Of a stretch of DNA of 64,000 nt, positions 48,331-61,129 are shown piece after piece. The translations under genes were made by a program, and so were the position numbers. This DNA comes from Malacoraja senta (Eukaryota). The notes beneath the pieces are model-generated. The model had not been told where the DNA came from. It made no database searches and was given only the letters and a program-made list of their open reading frames with translations. The stretch is from NCBI GenBank assembly GCA_038087875.1, contig CM075994.1, forward strand, positions 7,938,001-8,002,000. The letters are read 5' to 3'. The stretch's first letter is position 1. The number at the start of each line of letters is the position of its first letter.

Positions 48331-50339
48331 ACCTCCTCCGCTAGTATTTTTCGTTTCTACTACATAGAAGCAAAGTTTCCTGTGTGATACAGTGTGGAAA
48401 CAGGCCCTTCGGCCCAACTTTCCCACACCAACCAACATGTCCCAGCTACACTAGTCCCACCTTGGTCCATATCCCTCCAAACCTGTCCTATCCATGTACC
48501 TGTCCAACTGTTTCTTAAGCGTTGGGATAGTCCCAGCCTCAACTACCTCCTCTGGCAGCTTGTTCCATACACCCACCACCCTTTGTGTGGAAAAAGTTAC
48601 CCCTCAGATTCCTATTAAATCTTTTCCCCTTCACCTTGAACCCATGTCCTCTGGTCCTCGATTCCCCTACTCTGGGCAAGGGACTCTACTCTGTGCGTCG
48701 AAACCCATCTTCAGACAGATACTATCTGAGACTATCTGGGACTATCCCAACGTTTAAGAAACAGTTAGACAGGTACATGGATAGGACAGGTTTGGAGGGA
48801 TATGGGCCAAACGCGGGCAGGTGGGACTAGTGTAGCTGGGACATGTTGGCCGGTGCGGGCAAGTTGGGCTGAAGGGCCTGTTTCCACACTGTATCACTCT
48901 GTGACTCTGTGACTCTATGACATTCCAGTTACGGTCTATATCCCACATCATGGAGCGAAATATGAGGTGCTGTTCCTCCAATTAGCGCTGGGCCTCACTC
49001 TGACAGTGGAGGAGGCCCAGGACAGGAAGGTCGGTGTGGGAACGGGAGGGGGAGTTAAAGTGTTTGGCAACCTGGAGATCAGGTAGGTTTAGGCGGACTG
49101 AGCGGAGGTGTTCAGCGGAACGATCGCCGAGCCTGCGCTTGGTCTCACCGGAATCCACACCTGGAGCAGCGTTCCTAACCTGCTTGGGGGGGGCCTACAA
49201 CTGAATCGCGCGCGTGTACCAGAGGACATAGGTTGAAGGTGAGAGGGCAAGATTCAACACAAACCTGACCAGCAACGTCTCCACACAGAGGGTGGTGGGT
49301 GTACGGAACGAGCTGCCAGAGGAGGGAGTTGAGGCTGGGGCTATTGCAACCGGGAGATTGCTTCGGCCTAGGTAGACTGAGCGGAGGTGTTCAGCAAAAC
49401 TAAAATCTTGCTTTGTCAGCCATATTAGCTCAGGCTTTAAGCCACTTATATTAAGACTTCACGTGTTCAGTAGTAAGGTAGTAATAATCCAACAAGCTGT
49501 ACAGAAGCTACATATTATTATTATGCCAATTATTCCTTTATCAGTTCTCCTCTGTATAAGATTGGACTGAATTTCGAGCACAATTAAGAATCCTACAGCA
49601 TCTATGTACCCGGGCGGAGCAGCGGTAGAGTTGGTGCCTCACAGCGTCAGAGACACGGGTTCCATCCTGACTACGGGTGCTGTCTGTACGGAGTTTGTAC
49701 CTTCTCCCCGTGGGTTTTCTCCGAGATCTTTGGTTTCCTCCCACACTCCAAAGACGTGCAGGTTTGTAGGTTAATTGGCTCGGTATAAGTGTGAATTGTC
49801 CCCAGTGTGTGTAGGATAGTGTGAGTGTGCGGGGATCGATCGCTGGTCGGCGCGGACTCTAAACTAAACGTTAGTGAGGCTGCATTTAGAGTATTGTGTC
49901 GAGTTTCGGCCACCGTGTAAGACGAAAGATGTCGTCAAACCGGAAAAGGTGCAGGGGTTTACGAGGATGTTGCCAGGACTCGAGGGCCTTAGTTAGAGGG
50001 AGAGGTTGAGCAGGCTGGGACTCTATTCCTTGGAGCGCAGGAGGATGAGGGGTGATCTTGCAGAGGTGTATAAAATCATGAGAGGATTAGATCGGGTAGA
50101 CGCAGAGAGTCTCTTGCCCAGAGTAGGTGAATCCAGGACCAGAGGACACAGGTTCAAGGTGAAGGGGGAAAAGATTTAATAGGAATCTGAGGGGTAACTT
50201 TTTCACACAAAGGGTGGTGGGTGTATGGAATAAGCTGCCAGAGGAGGTAGTTGAGGCTGGGACTATCCCAACGTTTAAGAAACAGTTAGACAGGTACATG
50301 GATAGGACAGGTTTGGAGGGATATGGAGCAAATGCGGGC

Positions 50340-51004
50340 AGGTGGGACTAGTGTAGCTGGGACATTGTTGACCGGTGTGGGCAAGTTGGGCTGAATCCAC
50401 AATGTATCACTCTATGACTAGTGTAGCTGGGACATTGTTGGCCGGTGTGGGCAAGTTGGGCCTGTTTCCAGGCTGTATCACTCTATGACTAGTGTAGCTG
50501 GGACATTGTTGGCCGGTGTGGGCAAGTTGGGCCTGTTTCCAGGCTGTATCACTTTATGACTAGTGTAGCTGGGACATTGTTGGCCGGTGTGGGCAAGTTG
50601 GGCCTGTTTCCAGGCTGTATCACTCTATGACTAGTGTAGCTGGGACATTGTTGGCCGGTATGGGCAAGTTGGGCCTGTTTCCAGGCTGTATCACTCTATG
50701 ATTAGTGTAGCTGGGACATTGTTGGCCGGTGTGGGCAAGTTGGGCCTGTTTCCAGGCTGTATCACTCTATGACTAGTGTAGCTGGGACATTGTTGGCCGG
50801 TATGGGCAAGTTGGGCAAGTTGGGCCTGTTTCCAGGCTGTATCACTCTATGACTAGTGTAGCTGGGACATTGTTGGCCGGTGTGGGCAAGTTGGGCAAGT
50901 TGCGCCTGTTTCCAGGCTGTATCACTCTAGGACTAGTGTAGCTGGGACATTGTTGGCTGGTGTGGGCAGGTTGGGCAAGTTGGGCCTGTTTCCAGGCTGT
51001 ATCA
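50340..51004 (+). repeat. Minisatellite derived from the CR1 3' tail (~71-81 bp units)
   Basis: Repeated gactagtgtagctgggacattgttggccggtgtgggcaagttgggcctgtttccaggctgtatcactctat. Confidence 0.95.
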
Positions 51005-51775
51005 CGAAACTTAGACTAAAATAAACTAAAAAGAGTGATTGAAGTTAAACTGGCTGCAGTCCAACGCCCTGACAAATGAAATGGAGAGGTATTTGGATTT
51101 GAAACTCCATCCCCCTATTCAGAGACTCTTGATTAATCTCTCTCTGTGTTTTGACAATCAGCAAAATAGTGGCCACTTTGTGTCTATACAAAGGATATCC
51201 TGTTTTCTTTTGTTTTCCCGAAACTCAGGTCAAGGTCATTGGAAAAAACAAATTGTATAGGAAGGAACTGCAGATGCCGGTTTTAAACCGAAGATGAGAC
51301 GCAAAATGCTGGAGTAACTCAGCGGGACAGGCAGCGTCTCTGGAGAGAAGGGATGGGTGACGTTTTGGGTCGAGACCCTTCTTCAGATTCGACCCGAAAC
51401 GTCACCCATTCCGTCTCTCCAGAGATGCTGCCTGTCCCGCTGAGTTACTCCAGCTTTTTGTGTCTCACCTTCGGAAAAAAACGAAGTTGGGAGTCTGAGT
51501 GGGAGGGGGGTGGGGCGGAAGGAGAAGGAAACAAGGGGGGGATGTTGGCGTAAGGGCTTGTGGACAGGGCTGCAAGGATTCCTACACAAGGTAGACACAG
51601 AGTGCTGGAGTAACTCAGCTGGACAGGCAGGCGTCTCTGGAGAACATGGATGGGTGACGTTTCGGGTCGGGACCCTTCTTCAGACTGACAATAGGAGTTT
51701 TGTTTAGACACACAGCGTGCAAACAGGCCCTTCGGCCCTCCGAGTCCATGCCGACCAGCGTCCCCTCCACACTGA

Positions 51776-52330
51776 AGGGGCTGTCCCACTTTCGCGACCT
51801 AATTCACAACCTCTGACTCATACTCGCAGCAGGGTTGTCACGAGGTCGTAGGTAGGTTGTAGGTAGGTTGTAGGTAGGTCGTAGCAGGCCGTGATGCTAG
51901 TCGTAGGTACTCGTGGCATCAAGTAGGTCGGGGCGTTTTTCTAGCCTGATGAAAAATGTCCACGAGTAAAAAAGGTCGTGAATTAGGTTGTGAAAGCAGG
52001 GCAGGCCCTTAAATGGCCCTGTCCCACTATACGAGTTTACCCAAGAGCTCTCCCGAGTTTAAAAAAAAAATCAAACTCGTGGTAAGCACGTAGAATGTAC
52101 GTAGCGGGTACGTCGGAGCTCGTGGACGTCTCTTAGCGGCTCGTAACGCTAACGGCAGGTACTCGGGAAACGCGGGTAAGCTCGGGAAGTTGTTCTCAAC
52201 ATGTTGAAAAATGTCCACGAGAGCCCCCCGAGTACCCACGAGTGGCCACTACCGTAATTCTCCGAGTTCGAATCAGGGGGGAATCTCGGGAGAACTCTTG
52301 AATCAGCTCGTACAGTGGGACAGGCCCCCT
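51776..52330. mobile_element. Two adjacent Harbinger-like MITEs inside a SINE
   Basis: gggctgtcccactttcgcgacctaattcac...gtgaattaggttgtgaaagcagggcaggccc, then ggccctgtcccact...agtgggacaggccc, separated by TTAAAT. Confidence 0.7.
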
Positions 52331-53026
52331 TTTACACTACCCTGCACACACTAGGGACAAGTTACAATCTTTACCGAAGCCAATCAACAACCTGCAAGCC
52401 ACGCACGTCTTTGGAGCGTGCGTGGCTTGCATCTTAGTTTAGTTTAGAGATACACATACAGCGCAGCAACAGGCCCTTCGGCCCACCGAGTCCGTGCCGA
52501 CCAGCGATCCCTGCACATTAACACCATCCTACACACTAGGGACAAATTACACATTTTTAAAACTGAAGCCAAGCGAACCTAGAAACCTGCACGTCTTTGT
52601 AGTGCGAGAGGAAACCGGAGCACCCGGAGGAAACCCACGCAGGTCACGGGGAGAACGTGCAAACTCCGTGCAGGCAGCGCCCGTGGTCAGGATCGAACCC
52701 GGGGTCTCTGGCGCTGTGAGGCAGCAACTCTACCACTGCGCCACCGTGCCGTACTTGAGTTTGACTTGATTGTATTTACGTATCGTACCATCTGATCAGA
52801 TTGGGTAACAGACCGAACAAAGCTCCCCCCTGTATCTCGGTGCACCTGACAATAATGAACCCAAACCTATTGAGTTCCTCGCAAAGGAAGTTGCAAAGGA
52901 AGCTCTTGTTCATCAGATGAAGCCCTCTCCTTACTCCTAGCCTTGCCGAAGATTCACTTCAGCATAGACAAGGAACAGAGGATATTACTCTTTCATATTA
53001 CAGAGTCATTGACCAAAATTACATTG

Positions 53027-53820
53027 CATTGACCAAATGGTGCCAGCACAACAACCTGGCCCTCAACACCAGCAAAACCAAGGAACTGATTGTGGACTTT
53101 GGAAAGGGGTAGGATAGGGGACCCACAGTCCCGTCTATATCAACGGGACGATGGTGGAAAGGGTCAAGAACTTCAAATTCCTGGGCGTGCATGTTTCCGA
53201 AGATCTCTCCTGGTCCCAGCACACTGACGCAATTATAAAGAGAGCACATCAGCGCCTCTACTTCCTGAGAAGATTACGGAGAGTCGGTTTGTCAAGGAGG
53301 ACTCTCTCGAACTTCTACAGGTGCACAGTAGAGAGCATGCTCACCGGTTGCATCGTGGCTTGGTTCGGCAACTTGAGCGTCCAGGAGCGGAAAAGACGCT
53401 GAAAGTTGTGACCACTGCCCAGTCCATCATCGGCTCTGACCTCCCCACCATCGAAGGGATCTATCGCAGTCGCTGCCTCAAAAAGGCAGCCAACATCATC
53501 AAGGACCCACACCATCCTGGCCACACACTCATCTCTCTGTTGCCATCGGGCAGAAGGTACAGGAGCCTGAAATCTGTTACATCCAGGTTCAGGAATAGCT
53601 GCTTCCCCACAGCCATCAGGCTATTAAACTCGGCAACAAACAGACTCTGAACAAGAACAGCCTATTGCACTTTATCTGCTTATTGATGTGTATATTGAAC
53701 TGAACTGTTCTGTATTTTTGCTTACAATAGTCTGTTGTGTTGCAGCAAAGCAAGAATTTCATTGTCCTATCTGGGACACATGACAATAAACTCTCTTGAC
53801 TTGACTTGACTTGACTTGAT
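53027..53820 (+). mobile_element. Rex1/Babar 3' fragment
   Basis: VERVKNFKFLGVH...[11 protein letters not shown]...; (CTTGA)n tail. Confidence 0.9.
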
Positions 53821-55009
53821 AGTCATAGACTGATACAGCGTGGAAACAGGCCCTTCGGCCCAACTCGCCCAAACCGGCCAACATGTCCCAGCTACACGAG
53901 TCCCACCTGCCTGCGTTTGGCCCATATTCCTCCAAACCTGTCCTATCCATGTACCTGTCTAACTGTTTCTTAAACGTTGGGATAGTCCCAGCCTCAACTA
54001 CCTCCTCTGGCAGCTTGTTCCATACACCCACCACCCTTTGTGTGAAAAAGTTACCCCTCAGATTCCTATTAAATCTTTTCCCCTTCACCTTGAACCGGCT
54101 AGATGCAGGATGGGGTTGGACAGGCTAGATGCAGGAAGATTGTTCCCGATGTTGGGGAAGTCCAGGACAAGGGGTCACAGCTGAAGGATAAGGGGGAAAT
54201 CCTTTAAAACCGAGATGAGGAAAAACTTTTTCACACAGAGAGTGGTGAATCTCTGGAACTCTCTGCCACAGAGGGTAGTTGAGGCCAGTTCATTGGCTAT
54301 ATTTAAGAGGGAGTTAGATGTGGCCCTTGTGGGCTAAAGGGATCAGGGGGTATGGAGAGAAGGCAGGTACGGGATACTGAGTTGGATGATCAGCCATGAT
54401 CATATTGAATGGCGGTGCAGGCTCGAAGGGCCGAATGGCCTACTCCTGCACCTATTTTCTATGTATCTATGTATCTATGAACCTGTGTCCTCTGGTTCTC
54501 GATTCCCCTACTCTGGGCAAGGGACTCTGTGCGTCTACCCGATCTATTCCTCTCATGATTTTATGCACATCTCTGGAGAAAATAAATAGGTGACATTTCG
54601 GTTCGAGACCCTTCGTCAGATTGAGAGACAGGGGAAAGGGGAACGAGGGATATCAAGGGTACTTAGGAGAAAAGAAAGGATATGCAGAAAGCAGTGATAA
54701 TCAAGGGTCTCGACCCGAAACGTCACCCATTCCTTCTCTCCAGAGATGCTGCCTGTCCCGCTGAGTTACTCCAGCGCTTTGTGTTTATCTTCGGTTTCAA
54801 CCAGCATCTGCGGTTCCTCCCTTAACTAAACTAAACTACTTTGTGAACTAGGAATTTACAAATAAAAGCTTATTTTTTAAGGAACAAAATGTGCGAAATC
54901 TTATCGATTGGCGTGCCCGCATCTAAGCTTCACCACGATAACATTACACCATCGCACAACCATTGACTGACGCGAGATTGAAGATTAAAAAGCCGTTACA
55001 AACAACAGT

Positions 55010-55620
55010 CCTAGAGTGATACAGCGTGGAAACAGGCCCTTCGACCCAACTTGCCCACACCGGCCAACATGTCCCAGCTACACTAGTCATAGAGTGATAC
55101 AGTGTGGAAACAGCCCAACTTGCCCAACTTGCCCACACCGGCCAACATGTCCCAGCTACACTAGTCATAGAGTGATACAGTGTGGAAACAGGCCCAACTT
55201 GTCCAACTTGCCCACACCGGCCAACATGTCCCAGCTACACTAGTCATAGAGTGATACAGTGTGGAAACAGGCCCAACTTGTCCAACTTGCCCACACCGGC
55301 CAACATGTCCCAGCTACACTAGTCATAGAGTGATACAGCCTGGAAACAGGCCCAACTTGCCCAACTTGCCCACACCGGCCAACATGTCCCAGCTACACTA
55401 GTCATAGAGTGATACAGCGTGAAAACAGGCCCAACTTGCCCAACTTGCCCACACCGGCCAACATGTCCCAGCTACACTAGTCATAGAGTGATACAGCGTG
55501 AAAACAGGCCCAACTTGCCCAAACCGGCCAACATGTCCCATCTACACTAGTCATAGAGTGATACAGTGTGGAAACAGGCCCAACTTGCCCACAACAGCCA
55601 ACATGTCCCAGCTACACTAG
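55010..55620 (-). repeat. Same CR1-tail minisatellite, opposite orientation
   Basis: Repeated ctagtcatagagtgatacag..ggaaacaggcccaacttgcccacaccggccaacatgtcccagctaca. Confidence 0.95.
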
Positions 55621-57859
55621 TCCCACTTGCCGGCGCTTGGCCCATATCCCTCCAAACCTGTCCTATCCATGTACCTGTCCAACTGTTTCTTAAACGTTGG
55701 GATAGTCCCAGCCTCAACTGCCTCCTCTGGCAGCTTGTTCCATACACCCACCACCCTCTGTGTGAAAAAGTTACCCCTCAGATTCCCATTAAATCTTTCC
55801 CCCTTCACCTTAAACCTATGTCCTCTGGTCCTCGATTCCCCCACTCTGGGCAAGAGACTCTGTGCGTCTACCCGATCTATTCCTCTCATGATTTTGTACA
55901 CCTCTGCAAGATCTCCCCTCATCCTCCCGCGCTCCAAGAAAATAGAGACACAGCCTGCTCAACCTCTCCCTGTAGCTCACACCCTCCAGTCCTGGCAACA
56001 TCCTCGGAACTCTTCTCTGCACCTTGTCCAGGTTGACATCTTTCCCATAATGCTGTGCCCAGCACTGAACGCAATACTCCAAATGAGGCCTCACCAACGT
56101 CTTATCCAACTGCAACTTTGCAATAATATGAGGAAACGTCCATTTCTGGACTTCCCCTTTGAGAGCAGAGTGGCTTAACACATTGAGCTTATATACTGCT
56201 TGACAGATTAGTTCTGCATTAGTAATACACGGCGTATGCAGTGTAAAAATAAGTGGCCTAGTGCATTGGCCACTGCAGCTGACAAGGCAACATTTCTGGT
56301 TAAGCTTTTTTTAGTTTGGAGACACAGTGCGGAAACAGGCCCTTCGTCCCCCCCCCCCCCCCCCCCGAGTCCAGCGATCGTCCATTCACACACCAGGTCT
56401 ACATTATCCCAATTTCTCATCCACACGAGGGGGCAATGTACAGAGGGGGCCGATTAATCTACAAACCCGCACGTCCCTTTTGGGAGAGGAAATAAAGCAA
56501 AGCACAAATAAAGGCAGCACGGTGTCGCAGCGGTAGAGTTGCTGCCTCACAGCGCCAGAGGCCCAGGTTCCATTCTGACCACGGGTGCTGTCTGTGCGGA
56601 GTTTGCGCGTTCTCCGGGTGCTCCGGTTTCCTCCCGCACTCCAAAGACGCGCGGGTTTGTAGGTTAATTGCCGCCGGTAAAACGGTCAAATTGACCCCCC
56701 CCCCCAACCCAGTGTGTGCGCAGGATACTGCTAGTGTACGGGGGGGGGGGGGGTCGCTGGTCGGCGCGGACCCGGTGGGCCGAAGGGCCTCTTTCCGCGC
56801 TGTATCTCTAAACTGAACAAAACTAAAGCATTTTGGGTTTCTAAGCTGGATTTACAGAGTCACAGAGTAATATAGAAACAGGCCTGAAACGTCACCTATC
56901 CCCCTTCTCAAAAGATGCTGCCTGACCCGCTGAGTTCCTGGGCATCTGCTGGCTAGAGTATCAGAAGGGCATGTTTCCGTGCTGTATCTCTAAACCAAAC
57001 TAAAACTGGATTTGCATCAACTCATTTCACTATGTGCCATCTGATAGACACTTCCTGCAGGTGCATTCGAGTGGCTGAATCATTTGTTGTCAAAATAGGC
57101 CATTCGGCCCAGCGTGCTAAAGCTAATCCACAGACCATGGACATCAAATGCTGGGGTAACTCAGCGGGACAGGCAGCATCTCTGGGAGAGAATGGCCCAT
57201 CCTTCTCTCCGGAGACGGTCTCCCAATTTGAGGAAGGACGTCCTTGCTATTGAGGGAGTGCAGCGTAGGTTCACCAAGTTAATTCCCGGGTCTGACATGT
57301 GATGAAAGAATGGGTCGACTGGGCTTGTATTCACTGGAATTTAGAAGGATGAGAGGGCATCTTATAGAAACGTATACAATCCGTAAGGGATTGGACAGGT
57401 TTGGAGCGATATGGGCCAAACGCAGGCAGGTAGATGGCGCATGTTGGCCGATGTGGGCAAGTTGGGCCGAAGGACCCGGTTCCACGCTATATCGCTCTAT
57501 GACTCTATAACTCGTTAAGTGCATTGTCATATGCACCAGGGCAACGAGTTTAATTCGGAGCACCGGGGAAATCCCACGCAGGTCACGGGGAGAACGTACA
57601 AACTCCGTACAGACAGCACCCGTGGCCGGGATCGAACCCGGGTCCCTGGCGCTGTAAGGCAGCAACTCTACCGCTGGGCCAGTGAATTTTTCATTGTACC
57701 CGTGAGGTGCAGGTCCCAATGAAAATCTTACTCGCAGCAGCAACTGGGAATACACTTAAATGATACAAGGCGGTGGAACAGAATACTGCACTAACACATG
57801 ACCTTAGATCACTAGACCATGCAGAAACTGGGGACATCAACACAGAACAGTGGGGGGGG

Positions 57860-58430
57860 TGGTCAGTATGGGGGAGGGGGAGAGAGTGGGGGGAGAGAGG
57901 GGGGGAGACAGGGGAGAGAGAGAGAGACAGGGGGAGAGAGAGAGACAGGGAGAGAGAGAGAGACAGGGGGGAGAGAGAGACAGGGGGAGAGTGAGAGACA
58001 GGGGAGAGAGAGAGACAGGGGAGAGAGAGAGAGACAGGGAGAGAGAGAGACAGGGGGAGAGAGAGAGACAGGGAGAGAGAGAGAGACAGGGGGAGAGAGA
58101 GAGGCAGGGGAGAGAGAGAGAGACAGGGGGAGAGAGAGAGACAGGGGAGAGAGAGACAGGGGAGAGAGAGAGACAGGAGGAGAGAGAGAGAGAGACAGGG
58201 GAGAGAGAGGAGAGAGGGGGGAGAGAGAGAGAGACAGGGAAGAGGGAGAGACAGGGGAGAGAGAGACAGGGGAGAGAGAGAGACAGAGGAGAGAGAGAGA
58301 GAGACAGGGGAGAGAGAGAGAGACAGGGGAGAGAGAGAGAGAGAGACAGGGGGAGAGAGAGGAGAGAGGGGGGAGAGAGAGAGAGCAGGGAAGAGGGAGA
58401 GAGACAGGGAGACACAGGGAGAGAGGGGGG
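57860..58430. repeat. GA-rich low-complexity tract
   Basis: (GA)n-CAGGGG units. Confidence 0.95.
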
Positions 58431-58446
58431 AAGGTGTTTCACTCAC

Positions 58447-58563
58447 CGTGGGGGTCTCCAGGTCGGGGTCCCGTGGTCTGTAGGCGCTCAGCACCACTCC
58501 GGCCTCTCCTGACACCTCCAGCTTCACCCCGTCCAGCATGTGGCGAACTGACCGGCCCAGCAT
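58447..58563 (-). CDS. Probable first coding exon of a second gene (MLGRSVRHMLDGVKLEVSGEAGVVLSAYRPRDPDLETPT)
   Basis: Unique GC-rich island between low-complexity tracts; ATGs at 58563 and 58539; strong donor ACG|gtgagt (phase 0); no downstream exon found in the window. Confidence 0.5.
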
Positions 58564-58667
58564 CAGGGTCCCTCCTGCACACTGCACCTGGACTACTCAC
58601 TCCCCCCACCCACACCCCACGACCCACCCCTCACTCACTCACTCCCCTTGGGCTGCCAGTCCCCTCT

Positions 58668-58942
58668 GCAGAGAGGGGGTGACGGTGGGGGGCAGAGAGG
58701 GGGGTGAGGGTGGGGGGCAGAGAGGGGGTGAGGGTGGGGGGCAGAGAGGGGGTGAGGGTGAGGGGGCAGAGAGGGGGTGAGGGTGGGGGGGCAGAGAGGG
58801 GGTGAGGGTGAGGGGGGCAGAGAGGGGGTGAGGGTGGGGGGGCAGAGAGGGGGTGAGGGTGGGGGGGGCAGAGAGGGGGTGAGGGTGGGGGGGGGGGCAG
58901 AGAGGGGGTGAGGGTGGGGGGGGGGGGGCAGAGAGGGGGAGG
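58668..58942. repeat. G-rich ~25-bp minisatellite (gcagagagggggtgagggtggggg)
   Basis: About 10 tandem units. Confidence 0.95.
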
Positions 58943-59039
58943 GGTCTCACACGCCCTCTACCCTCGTCCCACCGACCCCCACACCCACATTAGTCCCTCA
59001 CCACACCCGTTCCGTAACGGGACGTCCCGGGGACGAGAC

Positions 59040-60000
59040 AGAGAGAGAGGGAGAGAGGGAGAGGGGAGGGAGAGTGGGAGAGAGAGAGGGAGAGAGGGAA
59101 GGAGAGAGGGAAGGAGAGAGGGAAGGAGCGAGGGGGAGAGAGAGGGAGAGAGAGAGGGAAGGAGAGAGGGAGAGGGGGAGAGAGAGAGGGAGAGAAGGAG
59201 AGAGGGAAGGAGAGGGAGAGAGGAGAGGGAGAGAGAGGGGGAGAGAGAGAGGGAGAGAGGGAAGGAGAGAGGAAGGAGAGGGGAGAGAGGAGAGGAGGAG
59301 GGAAGGAGAGGGGGGGGGAGAGAGTGGGAGAGGAGAGGGAGAGAGGAGAGGGGGAGAGTGGGAGAGGGCGGCCGGGCAGCGGGTCGAAGAGAGCAGGCAG
59401 GCAGGGGGTCTCGGGTCCGCAGCAGCTGCAGCAGCAGCAGCAGATCAGCGGCGCTGCGGGGACACGGGCCGGGGGGAAGCTGCCTTAGTGGGAGGAGAGA
59501 GGGAGGAGACAGGGAGGAGAGAGGGAGGAGAATGAGAGGGAAAGAGAGAGGGGGGGAGGGTTGAAGGAGAGGGAGGGTGTGAGGGGAGAGGTGGAGAGAG
59601 GGATGAGTTGGGTGAGGGAGAGGGAGAGAGGGAGAGGGAGAGGGAGGAGTTGGGAGAGGGTGAGAGGGAGAGGGAGAGGGAGAGAGAGGGAGAGAGGGAG
59701 AGGGAGAGAGGGAGAGGGAGAGGGAGGAGTTGGGAGAGGGTGAGAGGGAGAGAGGGAGAGGGAGAGGGAGAGAGAGAGGGAGGAGTTGGGAGAGGGTGAG
59801 AGGGAGGAGGGAGGGAGAGGGAGAGGGAGAGAGGGGAGTGGGAGAGGGAGAGGGAGGAGTTGGGAGAGGGAGAGGGGGGAGTTGGGAGAGGGAGAGGGGG
59901 AGAGGGAGAGGGAGAGAGAGAGGGAGAGAGAGAGGTGGAGAGAATGAGGGGTAGGGGAGAGAGAGGGATGAGTTGGGAGAGGAGGAGAGGGGGAGAGGGG
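59040..60000. repeat. Purine-rich tracts flanking a small CpG-rich island (59365-59485)
   Basis: GA-only runs; the island contains (CAG)n and many CpGs. Confidence 0.85.
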
Positions 60001-61129
60001 TTTTGTGTGTGGCAGGGTCTGTAGTATTTGTCAATGAACCAGCAGCCTGTTCACACCAACTGTATCACACAGATAGACACACACACACACACACCATGAG
60101 AGGAATAGATCGGGTAGATGCACAGAGTCCCTTGCCCAGAGTAGGGGAATCGAGGACCAGAGGACACAGGTTCAAGGTGAAGGGGGAAAGATTTAATAGG
60201 AATCTGAGGGGTAACTTTTCAGGGCGGTGGGTGTATGGAACAAGGTTTAGCCCTCCAAACCTGTCCTATCCATGTACATGTCTAACTGTTTCTTAAATGA
60301 TGGGATAGTCCCAACCTCAACTACCTCCTCTGGCAGCTTGTTCCATACACCCACCACCCTCTGTGTGAAAAATGTTACCCCTCAGATTCCTATTAAATCT
60401 TTTCCCCTTCACCTTGAACCTATGTCCTCTGATCCTCGATTCCCCTTACTCTGGGCAAGGTGTCCACCCGATCTATTCCTCTCATGATTTTATACACCTC
60501 TGCAAGATCACCCCCTCATCCTCCTGCGCTCGAAGGAATAGAGACCCAGCCTGCTCAACCTCTCCCTGTAGCTCACACCCTCGAGTCCTGGCAACATGCT
60601 GAAGAATCTTCGCTGCATTCTTTCCCGCTTAACGACATCCTTCCTACAGCACGGTGACCAAGAACACACACACACACACACACACACAGAGGGGTGGGGC
60701 TGGAGTTGCCGCAGGGGATGCATACAATTATTCACAGTGACTGCACAAAATGTGAGGCAGATGCAAACGATGCATTTAGTTCCGAAAACAAAGTTAAACT
60801 TAGCCTCCTCCACTGTCAGAGTGAGGCCCAGCGCTAATTGGAGGAACAGCACCTCATATTTCACTTTAACTCCCCCTCCCCTTCCCACACTGAACACCTC
60901 CGCTCAGTCTACCCAGGCCGAAGCAATCTCCCGGTTGCAATAGCCCCAGCCTCAACTCCCTCCTCTGGCAGCTCGTTCCGTACACCCACCACCCTCTGTG
61001 TGGAGACGTTGCTGGTCAGGTTTGTGTTGAACCTTGCCCTCTCACCTTTAACCTATGTCCTCTGGTACACGCGTGCGATTCAGTTGTCGGCCCCCCCCAA
61101 GCAGGTTGGGAACGCTGCTCCAGGTGTGG

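Noticed and set aside
50340..51004. CRISPR-like regular array
   Set aside because: No unique spacers, the unit is a CR1 tail, and the context is eukaryotic
58447..58563. LMX1-like start (MLDGxKxE)
   Set aside because: Resemblance covers only a few residues and no LIM-domain exon follows in the window
57691..60034. Long Glu/Arg/Gly or Leu/Ser/Pro ORFs
   Set aside because: GA-repeat artefacts; only 58447-58563 looks exon-like
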